DNA from: Polyangia bacterium
GTDB taxonomy: Bacteria > Myxococcota_A > Polyangia > Palsa-1104 > SHYY01
Assembly (NCBI GenBank): GCA_036263495.1
Contig: DATAGU010000330.1
Span: 16,637-80,636 of the forward strand
Direction: 5' to 3'
DNA length: 64,000 nt
Position numbers and translations under genes: made by a program. Positions 43,799-53,998 of the stretch are shown here, piece by piece. Positions within the stretch are counted from its first letter, which is position 1; each line of letters starts with the position of its first letter. Under the pieces are notes generated by a model. It was not told the DNA's origin. It worked only from the letters and a program-made list of their open reading frames with translations, and searched no databases.

Positions 43799-44989
43799 AT
43801 GAGGCTCATCACGGGAATCGCACTCGGAGCAGGCGCGATGTACCTGCTCGATCCCGCGGCGGGGCGGCGGCGCCGAGCGCGGCTGCGGGATCAAGTGATC
43901 CACAATTTGCGGGAGGCGGAATGCGGGCTGCACGCGGCGGCGGCAGATCTGCAACACCGGGCCACCGGGGCCCTGGTGGAGACCTGGAACCGCGTGACCG
44001 ATGAGGCAGACGGGGTCACCCTGGAGGCACGAGTGCGGGCGCGCCTCGGCCGGGCGGTGTCTCACCCTCACGCCATCCAGGTGATCGTGCAGGGGCATCG
44101 GGTCCTCCTGCGCGGCGCGGTGCTGGCCGTCGAGGTCGACCGCCTGCTCGATGAGGTGCGGGCGGTGCGCGGGGTCGAGGGGGTGGAGGACCAGCTGGAT
44201 GTCTATGAGTCGCCGGGGACGGTGCCGGCACTCCAGGGCGGGGAACGGCCGCATCCGGCGCGCCATCTGCTCAGCCGCCGCCTCTGGCCGCCCGCGGTGC
44301 GCGCGCTCGTCTGTGCGGCGGGTGGGGCCCTGCTCTTGAGGGGGCTCGGCCGGCGGGGTCTCGTGGGGCGGGCGCTGGCGCTCACGGGCGGCGCCGTCAT
44401 GGCCCGCGGCGTGGCCGGCACGTCGCTGTGGGATCGCGACCGTCTCATCCACGTGCAGAAGACGGTGCACTTCGACGTGCCCATCGAAGACGTGTTCCGC
44501 ATCTGGACGCGCATCGAGAGCTTCCCCTGCTTCATGGAGCACATCCGGATGATCCAGCCGACGGGTGACCAGCAATTGCGCTGGATCGTGCTCGGCCCCC
44601 TCAACATCCCGGTCGAGTGGCAGGCGCAGATCACGCGCATCGTCGATCAGAAGCTGATCGAGTGGCGCACGCTGCCGGGTTCCATGATGGAGGTGCAGGG
44701 GACGGTGCACTTCGAGCGCGAGGGCACGGGCTCGCGCGTCAACATCCTGATGTCCTACTGTCCGCCGGGAGGTCTCCTGGGGCATGTGGCGTCGCGCCTG
44801 CTCGGGTATGACCTCAAGCGCGCGATGGATGACGATCTCATCCGCCTGAAGTCGCTGCTCGAGCATGGCAAGACGAGCGTCCACGGGCGCCACGTGACGC
44901 GGGATCAGCTGTTCGTGTTCTCGGGCGACGCTGCGGCGTCGTCTGCGTCACAACGTGGGGTCGAGCAGAGCGAGCCCCCGCGGCACTGA
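43799..44989 (+). CDS. BON-domain plus SRPBCC (START/cyclase-dehydrase-like) domain protein
   Basis: ATG at 43799 after GGAGGTGGAG. BON segment IQVIVQGHRVLLRGAV...VRGVEGVEDQLDV. SRPBCC segment VHFDVPIEDVFRIWTRIESFPCFMEHI...EWRTLPGS...GTVHFE. Confidence 0.7.
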   Translation: MRLITGIALGAGAMYLLDPAAGRRRRARLRDQVIHNLREAECGLHAAAADLQHRATGALVETWNRVTDEADGVTLEARVRARLGRAVSHPHAIQVIVQGHRVLLRGAVLAVEVDRLLDEVRAVRGVEGVEDQLDVYESPGTVPALQGGERPHPARHLLSRRLWPPAVRALVCAAGGALLLRGLGRRGLVGRALALTGGAVMARGVAGTSLWDRDRLIHVQKTVHFDVPIEDVFRIWTRIESFPCFMEHIRMIQPTGDQQLRWIVLGPLNIPVEWQAQITRIVDQKLIEWRTLPGSMMEVQGTVHFEREGTGSRVNILMSYCPPGGLLGHVASRLLGYDLKRAMDDDLIRLKSLLEHGKTSVHGRHVTRDQLFVFSGDAAASSASQRGVEQSEPPRH

Positions 44990-45068
44990 CGTTCTCTTTC
45001 TGTGAGGGATTCGGGAGAGAGGCCCGGGCGCGGTCCGTGGGGGATGGACCGCGGCCCGGGCGTTGTTT

Positions 45069-45326
45069 TCAGTGCTCGTCGAGCGGGGTGTACTCGACCT
45101 CGAAGTAGGGATGGAGCGGCAGCGAGGCCACGATGCCGCGGGCGGCCTCGGCCGTCTCGGCCTTGACGACGAGCCAGGCGCGGCGCTGCTGGGCGGCGGG
45201 GAAGGCCGCCTCGATGGCGCCGCTCCGCAGGAGCTCGCCGACGCGCTCCTTTTCGGCCGGGAGCAGGGCGAGCAGCTCCTGGGGGTTGCTTGGGGGCTTG
45301 ATGACGATGGATGCCATGAACCGCAT
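45069..45326 (-). CDS. muconolactone delta-isomerase-like small protein
   Basis: About 82 aa. AWLVVKAETAEAARGIVASLPLHPYFEVEYTPL parallels the MIase C-terminal pattern (..SLPLFPYMDIEVTPL). The start may be the ATG at 45317. Confidence 0.55.
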   Translation of the reverse strand: MRFMASIVIKPPSNPQELLALLPAEKERVGELLRSGAIEAAFPAAQQRRAWLVVKAETAEAARGIVASLPLHPYFEVEYTPLDEH

Positions 45327-45443
45327 GAGATGACCTCCTCCAAGGAGGAGGCATCGTAGGCGGGCTGTTCCGGCAGTACAAGCGCGCGCCGGGGAACGGG
45401 GCGCCGAGGTGGCTCGCCTCTCGCGGGCGCGGGGGAGGCCTCG

Positions 45444-46046
45444 CTAGGTGGTTTCGGGCCCGAGTGAGGGGCTGCGATATCCCGGGATCGGCGCCGGGGT
45501 CGAGGGCGCGAGGGGCCGTCCCTTGCCAAAGCCGCGGTACTGCTCGAGCTCGCTCATGCGCTCGGGCAGGTACCGGGCGAACAGCTGGCGCAGCTTGGCG
45601 CCGTCGATGAGCTCCACTTCGGTGGGCAGGTTGGCGAGCCCGCTCTGATCGATGTCGTAGGGCGTCACCAGCATGCCGACCGAGGCGCCCTGCGCCTTGG
45701 CCGTCTCCGCGAGCTCGAGCAGGTCCGTCTGCTCGACGAGGTCGCCGGGGGGCTCAGGCTCGAGGAAGATGACGTAGCGGACGTCGTGGAAGTGGTTCGG
45801 GCGGCGGCCCGACAGGCGCTGCTCTTCTCCGGGGAGCGGCGCGGTGGTGATGTCCATGGCCGCGAGGAGCTCGCGCACGAGGGTGCGGAAGCGCGCCGGC
45901 AGCACGGGGGGCTCATGCCCGAGGAGCCCCGGGGCCCCCCCTTGATCGGTCAGACGATTGGGGTGTCCGCCGTAGCGCGCGAGCAGCAGGGCCAGCAGAA
46001 AGAACGCGAAACCAGCAAACAGGATGCTCGTAATCACAAGATCCAA
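45444..46046 (-). CDS. membrane-anchored restriction-endonuclease-like (Mrr_cat-type) protein
   Basis: N-terminal TM helix ITSILFAGFAFFLLALLLA. The remainder reads FRTLVRELLAAMDI...DVRYVIFLEPEP...LLELAETAKAQGASVGMLVTPYDID...VELIDGAKLRQLF, which resembles the Mrr catalytic-domain layout. Tentative. Confidence 0.5.
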   Translation of the reverse strand: MDLVITSILFAGFAFFLLALLLARYGGHPNRLTDQGGAPGLLGHEPPVLPARFRTLVRELLAAMDITTAPLPGEEQRLSGRRPNHFHDVRYVIFLEPEPPGDLVEQTDLLELAETAKAQGASVGMLVTPYDIDQSGLANLPTEVELIDGAKLRQLFARYLPERMSELEQYRGFGKGRPLAPSTPAPIPGYRSPSLGPETT

Positions 46047-46094
46047 GGTAGGTCGCCGTCAGGCACGGCAAGGGCCGGTTCGTGAGCGACGTGG

Positions 46095-47759
46095 CTACCC
46101 GAGGGAGAAATAGAACGTCGCGCCCTGCCCTTCGGCGCCTTCGGCCCAGGCACGGCCCCCATGGCGCTGCACGATCCGCTGCACGATGGCGAGGCCGATG
46201 CCCGTGCCTTCGAACTCGTTCGCCCGGTGGAGGCGCTGGAACGGCTTGAACAGCTTCTCGGCGTAGGTCATGTCGAACCCCGCGCCGTTGTCGCGTACGT
46301 AGAAGACCAGCGGCTGCGGCTCCCGGGTGAGCGGGGCCAGTGTGCCCACTTCAATGCGCGGCGCGGTGGTGTGGCGGGTGAACTTCCATGCGTTGCCGAG
46401 CAGGTTGTCGATGAGCACCCGCACGAGGTGGGGATCGGCTTCGGCCTGGAGACCCTCGGCCACCACGGTCTCGACCTGGCGCCCGGGCTCGCGCGAGGCG
46501 AGCTCCTGGAGCGCATCCCGCGCGAGCGCGGTCAGGTCGATGGGCAAGCGGTGCAGCTCGCTGCGCGTCACTCGCGACAGCCGGAGGAGGTCGTCGATGA
46601 GCTGGGACATCCGCTGGCTCGCCGCCCGGACGCGCTCGAGATAGTCGCGCCCCTCGTCGCCGAGCTGCCCGGCGTAGTCCTCGACCAGCACCTGGCTGAA
46701 ACCGTCGATCGCGCGGAGCGGCGCCCGCAGGTCGTGCGACACGGAGTAGCTGAAGGCCTCGAGCTCCCGGTTGACCGCCACGAGGGCCGCGGTCCGATCC
46801 TCGACCCGACGTTCGAGTTCCTCGGTGAGCTGCTGGAGCCCGGCCTCGGCCTCCTTGCGCCGCGCGATGTCCTCGAGCACGGTGATGAAGTAGTCGGGTT
46901 CGTCGTGCGCCGTGCGCACGAGGGACACGGTGAGGCTGACCCAGACGAACGAGCCGTCCTTGCGCCGGTAGCGCTCCTCGGCGGTGAAGGTGGCCCGCCG
47001 ACCTTCGAGGAGATCGAGCACGAGGTCGGTGTCCTTCTGCCGATCCTCGGGGTGGAGGATGTCTTCGATGCCGCGCTGGAGCAGCTCGGCCCGGGGGTAG
47101 CCGAGGATGTCGCAGTAGCGCGCGTTCACCTCGCGCCAGCGACCGTCGAGGCCGAGGTGGGCGATGCCGACGGCCGCCTGCTCGAAGGTGGCGCGGTAGC
47201 GGCGTTCGCCAGCTTCGAGCTCGAGGCGGGTGCGGCGCTCGCGCTCGAGGAGGAGCGTGCGCTCGCGGTCGCGCGCCTCGAGTCGTTCGTTGATTCGACG
47301 CAGGCTCACGTTGAGCTGCGTGACGAACAGAGAGAGCGCCGTGAAGGCGGTGAGCGAGTAGGCATCCGAGCGGGAGAACGACCCCTGGAAGACGGGTTCG
47401 AAGTAGAGGAAGTCGACGAGCGCATTGGAGAAGAGGAGGCACACGAGCGCCGGTCCCCAGCCGCCGAGCCAGCTCGTGAACGCGACGGCGATGAAGAAGA
47501 GGATGTAGGGGCTGGGGTGGATGTAGCGGAGGAGCAGCCACTGCAGGGCCGCGGCGCCGAGCGGCGCGCCGAGCGCGATCAGGTAATGCCACGGGCGAGG
47601 GCCCTGGAGGATGCGGGCGGTGAGCCCGGGCGCCACCCGCGGCCCGGGAGGGTCGCTCACTCGCCGCTCCTTGATGGGGGCGTCAGCTGGTGCACGGCGG
47701 GCGACCAAGCGGTCCACCAGCAGCATCGCCTGACCATTTCTTGTCAGTCCTCTCCTCAT
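46095..47759 (-). CDS. sensor histidine kinase (DUF4118-like membrane module, PAS, HisKA, HATPase_c)
   Basis: I trimmed the track ORF to the ATG at 47759 (alternative 47726). H-box FSYSVSHDLRAPLRAI, N-box LGNAWKF, G-box GTGIGLAIVQRIVQRHGG. Confidence 0.85.
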   Translation of the reverse strand: MRRGLTRNGQAMLLVDRLVARRAPADAPIKERRVSDPPGPRVAPGLTARILQGPRPWHYLIALGAPLGAAALQWLLLRYIHPSPYILFFIAVAFTSWLGGWGPALVCLLFSNALVDFLYFEPVFQGSFSRSDAYSLTAFTALSLFVTQLNVSLRRINERLEARDRERTLLLERERRTRLELEAGERRYRATFEQAAVGIAHLGLDGRWREVNARYCDILGYPRAELLQRGIEDILHPEDRQKDTDLVLDLLEGRRATFTAEERYRRKDGSFVWVSLTVSLVRTAHDEPDYFITVLEDIARRKEAEAGLQQLTEELERRVEDRTAALVAVNRELEAFSYSVSHDLRAPLRAIDGFSQVLVEDYAGQLGDEGRDYLERVRAASQRMSQLIDDLLRLSRVTRSELHRLPIDLTALARDALQELASREPGRQVETVVAEGLQAEADPHLVRVLIDNLLGNAWKFTRHTTAPRIEVGTLAPLTREPQPLVFYVRDNGAGFDMTYAEKLFKPFQRLHRANEFEGTGIGLAIVQRIVQRHGGRAWAEGAEGQGATFYFSLG

Positions 47760-47835
47760 CCCACATGCTTCGTTTTGAGTTTCTTTTAGGCTCGGATGAG
47801 CTCGGGACAATATCGCCCCTTCGCGGAGCAGCGGA

Positions 47836-48273
47836 ATGATCCTCCTCGTGGAAGACAACCCCGATGACGTCGACCTGACGATGCGGGCGTTCAAGAAACA
47901 CAACCTGGCGAACCAGATCCAGATCGCCCGCGACGGCGTGGAGGCGCTCGAGGTCCTGCTCGGCAGCGGGGGGAATGGGCCGACCGGGGAGTTGCCGGAC
48001 CTCGTCCTGCTCGATCTCAAGCTCCCGCGGATCGACGGCTTCGAGGTGCTGCGGCGGATCCGCGGGGAGGAGCGCACGCGGCTCCTCCCGGTGGTGGTCC
48101 TCACCTCCTCGGCAGAGGAGGAGGACGTGGTGAGGAGCTACCGGCTCGGCGCCAACAGCTACGTGCGCAAGCCCGTCAACTTCAACGAGTTCGTCGAGGC
48201 GGCCAAGCAGCTCGGCCTCTACTGGCTGGTGCTCAACCGGCCGCCGCCACGCGCGGAGGAGCGGAAGGCATGA
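47836..48273 (+). CDS. single-domain response regulator (CheY-like)
   Basis: ILLVEDNPDDVDL...LVLLDLKLPRIDGFE...VVVLTSS...SYVRKP. Confidence 0.9.
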   Translation: MILLVEDNPDDVDLTMRAFKKHNLANQIQIARDGVEALEVLLGSGGNGPTGELPDLVLLDLKLPRIDGFEVLRRIRGEERTRLLPVVVLTSSAEEEDVVRSYRLGANSYVRKPVNFNEFVEAAKQLGLYWLVLNRPPPRAEERKA

Positions 48274-49385
48274 GACCGCTCCGCGTCCTGTTCGTCGAGG
48301 ACGTCCCCGACGACGTGATGTTGCTCCTCATCGAGCTGCGTCACGCCGGCTACGAGGTGACCTGGGAGCGGGTCGAGAGCGCGGAGGCCATGAAGGAGGC
48401 GCTCGCCCGGCCGTGGGACATGGTGCTCTCCGATTACACGATGCCGCGCTTCAGCGCGCCCAAGGCCCTGGCCGTGCTCAAGGCCTCGGCCCAGGCCGAG
48501 CTGCCGTTCCTCATCGTCTCGGGCAGCATCGGCGAGGAGAGCGCCATCGACTCGCTCAAGGCCGGGGCCGCCGACTTCATCATCAAGAACAACCTGGCCC
48601 GCCTCGTGCCGGCCATCGAGCGCGAGCTCGGCGAGGCCCAGATGCGTCGCGAGCGCCGCGAGGCCCTCGAGGCGCTCGAGCAGGCGATCCGGGCGCGCGA
48701 TGATTTCCTCTCCATCGCCTCGCACGAGCTCAAGACGCCGCTCACCACGCTGCGGCTCCAGGTGGCGGGCCTGCTGCGGGCGGCCGAGAGCGCGCGCATG
48801 AACCTCGCCGAGGACAAGGTGCGCTCGCGCCTCGGCTCGATCGCCCGCAGCGCCGAGCGGCTGGCGGAACTGGTGGACCGCATGCTCGACGTGACCCGCA
48901 TCACCACCGGGCGCCTCGAGCTCGACCGCGAGGAGGTGGATCTGGTGGCGGTGATGCGCGAGGTGGTGGCCGATCTCGAGCTGGGTCTCGACGGTGCCCG
49001 CCCGACGATCGGAGTGCGCGCGGGCGTTCCGGTGACCGGCCGCTGGGACCGGCAGCGGATCGAGGCCGTGGTCACGAACCTCCTCACGAACGCCATCAAG
49101 TACGGCGAGAAGAGGCCGATCGAGGTCACGCTCGAGGACCTCGGCGCGAGCGCGCGGCTCGTGGTCGTCGACCACGGCATCGGCATCGCCGAGGCGGATC
49201 AGCGCCGCATCTTCGAACGGTTCGAGCGCGCCGTGCCCGAGCAGCACTTCGGCGGGTTCGGGATCGGGCTGTGGCTGTCGCGTCAGATCGTCGAGGCGCA
49301 TGGCGGGCGCATCAAGGTCTCGAGCCGTCCGGGGGAGGGATCGCGCTTCGAGATCGAGCTGCCCAAGGGCGAAGGGGGTGTGTGA
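48270..49385 (+). CDS. response-regulator receiver fused to histidine kinase
   Basis: REC domain (VLFVEDVPDD...MVLSDYTMPRF). H-box ASHELKTPLT. HATPase (NAIKYG, DHGIGI, GFGIGLWLSRQIVEAHGG). ATGA overlap with the upstream response regulator. Confidence 0.9.
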   Translation: MRPLRVLFVEDVPDDVMLLLIELRHAGYEVTWERVESAEAMKEALARPWDMVLSDYTMPRFSAPKALAVLKASAQAELPFLIVSGSIGEESAIDSLKAGAADFIIKNNLARLVPAIERELGEAQMRRERREALEALEQAIRARDDFLSIASHELKTPLTTLRLQVAGLLRAAESARMNLAEDKVRSRLGSIARSAERLAELVDRMLDVTRITTGRLELDREEVDLVAVMREVVADLELGLDGARPTIGVRAGVPVTGRWDRQRIEAVVTNLLTNAIKYGEKRPIEVTLEDLGASARLVVVDHGIGIAEADQRRIFERFERAVPEQHFGGFGIGLWLSRQIVEAHGGRIKVSSRPGEGSRFEIELPKGEGGV

Positions 49386-49415
49386 AGGCGCCGGCGCTCA
49401 CGCCCACGCCCCCGC

Positions 49416-51488
<2,073 letters not shown>

Positions 51489-51721
51489 GCTCGAATCCTG
51501 GCTCGCATCCGGCGCTGGCGGTGACGCCCGGGCCGGATGCGTCGGATGGTACCATGCGGCCTGCCGGCTCGCAGCGAGTGGGCGGGGGGGGTTTGATGGC
51601 GCTGGACCGGCGCTGCGGACCTTGCACGCACCAGGGGCGAGCGGCGCTGCGGGCCTTGCACGCGCCAAGGGCGAGCGGCGCTGCGGAGCGCGCTGGCCCT
51701 TGGTTGGATTCGTCCGGTGCT

Positions 51722-52057
51722 CTAGGTCGTCTTGGGGGGGATGCCCGCCGGCGGGGCTCCGCCGGATGAGGCGGTGGCGCCGGTGCCGCCAGCCGCGGCG
51801 GTGGCGGTGCCCGGAGCGGTGGGGCCTCCGGTGGTGGGGGTGGACTTGGGGCCGGTCTTGCGGACCTGGCGATAGAAGCGGCGCAGGGACTTCGGGCCGA
51901 GGCGCGGGATGGTGGGATCGCTCTCGCGGCCGGCGGCGAAGATGTCGACGATCTGTTCGTACAGGGTGAGGTTGATGCCGTCCCACAGGTCGACGGTGCC
52001 CTGGGTGACGGGGGCGATGGGGCGCGTGCTCTCGGCGGCGTCCCCGGCGGACTTCAT
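51722..52057 (-). CDS. hypothetical small protein with Gly/Thr/Pro/Ala-rich tail
   Basis: 111-aa ORF with host-like GC3 bias (MKSAGDAAESTRPIAPVTQGTVDLWDGINLTLYEQIVDIFAAGRESDPTIPRLGPKSLRRFYRQVRKTG...). The ATG lies ~40 nt downstream of the 22-bp repeat array. No family recognised. Confidence 0.45.
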   Translation of the reverse strand: MKSAGDAAESTRPIAPVTQGTVDLWDGINLTLYEQIVDIFAAGRESDPTIPRLGPKSLRRFYRQVRKTGPKSTPTTGGPTAPGTATAAAGGTGATASSGGAPPAGIPPKTT

Positions 52058-52096
52058 GTCGTTGGCGAGGGTCTCGACCCGGGTGAGCGATGCACA

Positions 52097-52244
52097 CAGC
52101 CGGTACTGGGGGGGTTGAATGCCGGTACTGGGGGGGTTGAGTGACGCGTACCCCCTGGTTGAGTGACGCGTACCCCTGGGTTGAGTGCCGATCTGGGGGG
52201 GTTGAGTGCCGATCTGGGGGGATTGAGTGCCGCGTACCCCTGGG
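52097..52244. repeat. tandem 21-22-bp repeats, GGTTGAGTG(A/C)CG(CGTACCCC / ATCTGGGG) family, about 6.5 units
   Basis: Read directly. Units start at 52113, 52135, 52157, 52179, 52200 and 52221, preceded by a partial unit. This is the largest array of the family. Confidence 0.95.
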
Positions 52245-52375
52245 CCCGATCTTGTAAGGAGCTGTACTAAGCACAGCGCACCGCAAATTGGTGCCCAGCG
52301 CCACCCGACCCAGGGCCGGTTCGCTCTGCACGCTTCTCAGCGTACACCTAAAGGCGTTGCGATCCAGGCACGGGT

Positions 52376-52431
52376 GTCATTCTGTGGCTAGGGGGGGTCG
52401 TTTTGTGACTAGGGGGGGTCATTCTGCCTGG
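52376..52431. repeat. tandem 21-bp repeats GTC(A/G)TT(C/T)TGTG(G/A)CTAGGGGGG, about 2.6 units
   Basis: Read directly. Units start at 52376, 52397 and 52418. The array overlaps the possible GTG starts of the next ORF. Confidence 0.9.
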
Positions 52432-52827
52432 TTCCGGGCGGGTGCCGGTAGAGGATCGTCTACGCTCAAGCTCACGCTCGTCTTCTCGGATGGCAGCATC
52501 CCGCTGCCCTTGGAAGACCTCGGCCGGGATCTTCTCGGCATGTCACTCGTGCTCAAGGACGTCGCGCCCTACTTCACCGAGTCCTGGGCATCCTACTACA
52601 ACACGCTCGACCAGCATCTTGGGTACCTGGCCTCTCTGCTCGCCGACGTGCCCGATGCCGGCCCGGAGGCCGATGCGGCGCTGCGGTGGGCCATCGCCTA
52701 CGGCCGAGACCTCGCCTCCTTCAACCTCTCGGTCCTCTTGTGCGAGCGCAGCCCTGGCGCCGGTTCACCGCCAGTCGCGATCAACATCAGCAACGATTAC
52801 GGCGGCGAAGACGCTGGCGCTCAGTGA
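52405..52827 (+). CDS. hypothetical protein (start uncertain; possible orphan immunity-type protein)
   Basis: Coding-like GC3 from about 52460 (LKLTLVFSDGSIPLPLEDLGRDLLGMSLVLKDVAPYFTESWASYYNTLDQHLGYLASLL...). The only in-frame starts upstream of Met-86 are TTG 52288, GTG 52291, TTG 52354, and GTG 52384 and GTG 52405, the last two inside the repeats. Confidence 0.4.
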   Translation: MTRGGHSAWFRAGAGRGSSTLKLTLVFSDGSIPLPLEDLGRDLLGMSLVLKDVAPYFTESWASYYNTLDQHLGYLASLLADVPDAGPEADAALRWAIAYGRDLASFNLSVLLCERSPGAGSPPVAINISNDYGGEDAGAQ

Positions 52828-52957
52828 AGTCGAGGCATGGGCGCTCGTGGAGGCTCGCCGGCTCGGACAGGGACGCTGCGGAGAGGGGCGGACGCGCCGA
52901 AATCATCGATGAGCTACAGAAGCTTGCGCGCCTGATGCAGAACGGAGCCTTTCCTCC

Positions 52958-53539
52958 ATGACCGAAGACACCGCTTCATCGTCGAAGATCTTTCGTCTGG
53001 ACCCAAATCCAGACCAGCACGATGATCTGTTGACGATTCCCCGACGGGGGGTCGCCTGGTTTGAAGTCTTCAATAGGCTGTCGCGTGGTGGTGGACGTTG
53101 TGCGGGCTGGTGGGAGCCGGTGCCCATGGAGTGGACGCGGGCCACGGTGCGGAAGAATCGTGGCAAGCCGGTCGATATCATCGGCCTCATGGGCAATGGT
53201 CTGGCCTTCTCGGATCGCGCTGCGGAGGCCTTGGCGCCTCTTGTAGGTGAGGTGATCGAACTCTTGCCGCTCGCCCACGACGGGCCTGGACGATTCCATG
53301 CCGTAAACATGCTCGACATCGTCGATTGTCTCGATGAAGAGCAGTCCATTTTGGATCGCTCCAGTAGTGGCCGGATTTCGAGCGTGGAGAAGTACGTCTT
53401 AAAACCCGGCAGCACCGACGGTCATCACCTCTTCAAGTGCAAGCAGTGCTTGCTCCATGACCTGGTCTCCGCCGAGTTCAAGGCGCGGGTCGAAGAAAAG
53501 GGCCTGGTCGGCGCCTACTTCAAGCCGGTCGGGGAGTGA
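52958..53539 (+). CDS. Imm11/DUF1629-like immunity protein
   Basis: 193 aa. The layout GLAFSDRAAEALAPLVGEVIELLPL...RFHAVNMLDIVDCLDEEQS...ISSVEKYVLKPGSTDGHHLFKCKQ..LHDLVSAEFKARVEEKGLVGAYFKPV matches my recollection of the DUF1629 pattern. G+C is lower than background. Confidence 0.55.
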   Translation: MTEDTASSSKIFRLDPNPDQHDDLLTIPRRGVAWFEVFNRLSRGGGRCAGWWEPVPMEWTRATVRKNRGKPVDIIGLMGNGLAFSDRAAEALAPLVGEVIELLPLAHDGPGRFHAVNMLDIVDCLDEEQSILDRSSSGRISSVEKYVLKPGSTDGHHLFKCKQCLLHDLVSAEFKARVEEKGLVGAYFKPVGE

Positions 53540-53698
53540 CGCCCACACTGGCGCCCCTCCCCGCGGACGTGTCTTTTTGCCGACTCGTTAGACTCTGGCT
53601 CCCATGCGAGGAGTTGCCGGGCGTTCGCTCCTCTGCCGTTGAAGGGCCGGCAGGGGACGGGATACGCTGGTGCGGCGATCGAGGGAGCACCAAGGACG

Positions 53699-53998
53699 AT
53701 GGCTCGACTACGCGATCAATTCGTGACGCCCAGGGAGGCGGGGATGATCCTTTTGTCGTGGTTGGCGAGTCTCGGCCTCAAGCCGGGCGATGCCGTCTCC
53801 CCGGCGGAGATGATCGTTCACTGTCAGGATACGTTCTATCGATTCGCTGAGCTCGGCTCGGGGATCGATTATCTCCTCGAGCAGGACTACCTCGAGCGGC
53901 GGGAGGGCCCGGAGGATGTCCTCTACCTCACTCGGACAGGGTTCGAGTTGCTGTCCAAGATGTCGCCGGCGCCGGAAGGTTCCGATATGCCTACCTAG
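53699..53998 (+). CDS. hypothetical small protein (99 aa)
   Basis: ATG at 53699 (MARLRDQFVTPREAGMILLSWLASLGLKPGD...). Moderate GC3. The 3' end overlaps the convergent DUF1287 gene by 8 nt. No family recognised. Confidence 0.45.
   Translation: MARLRDQFVTPREAGMILLSWLASLGLKPGDAVSPAEMIVHCQDTFYRFAELGSGIDYLLEQDYLERREGPEDVLYLTRTGFELLSKMSPAPEGSDMPT

Noticed and set aside
52824-52961. A 45-codon ORF (VKSRHGRSWRLAGSDRDAAERGGRAEIIDELQKLARLMQNGAFPP) whose GTG overlaps the upstream stop (GTGA) and whose stop overlaps the Imm11-like ATG (ATGA).
   Set aside because: It is rich in rare AGG and GGA codons, has no Shine-Dalgarno sequence and no recognisable family. The overlaps can arise by chance. I left it as unresolved rather than calling a gene.
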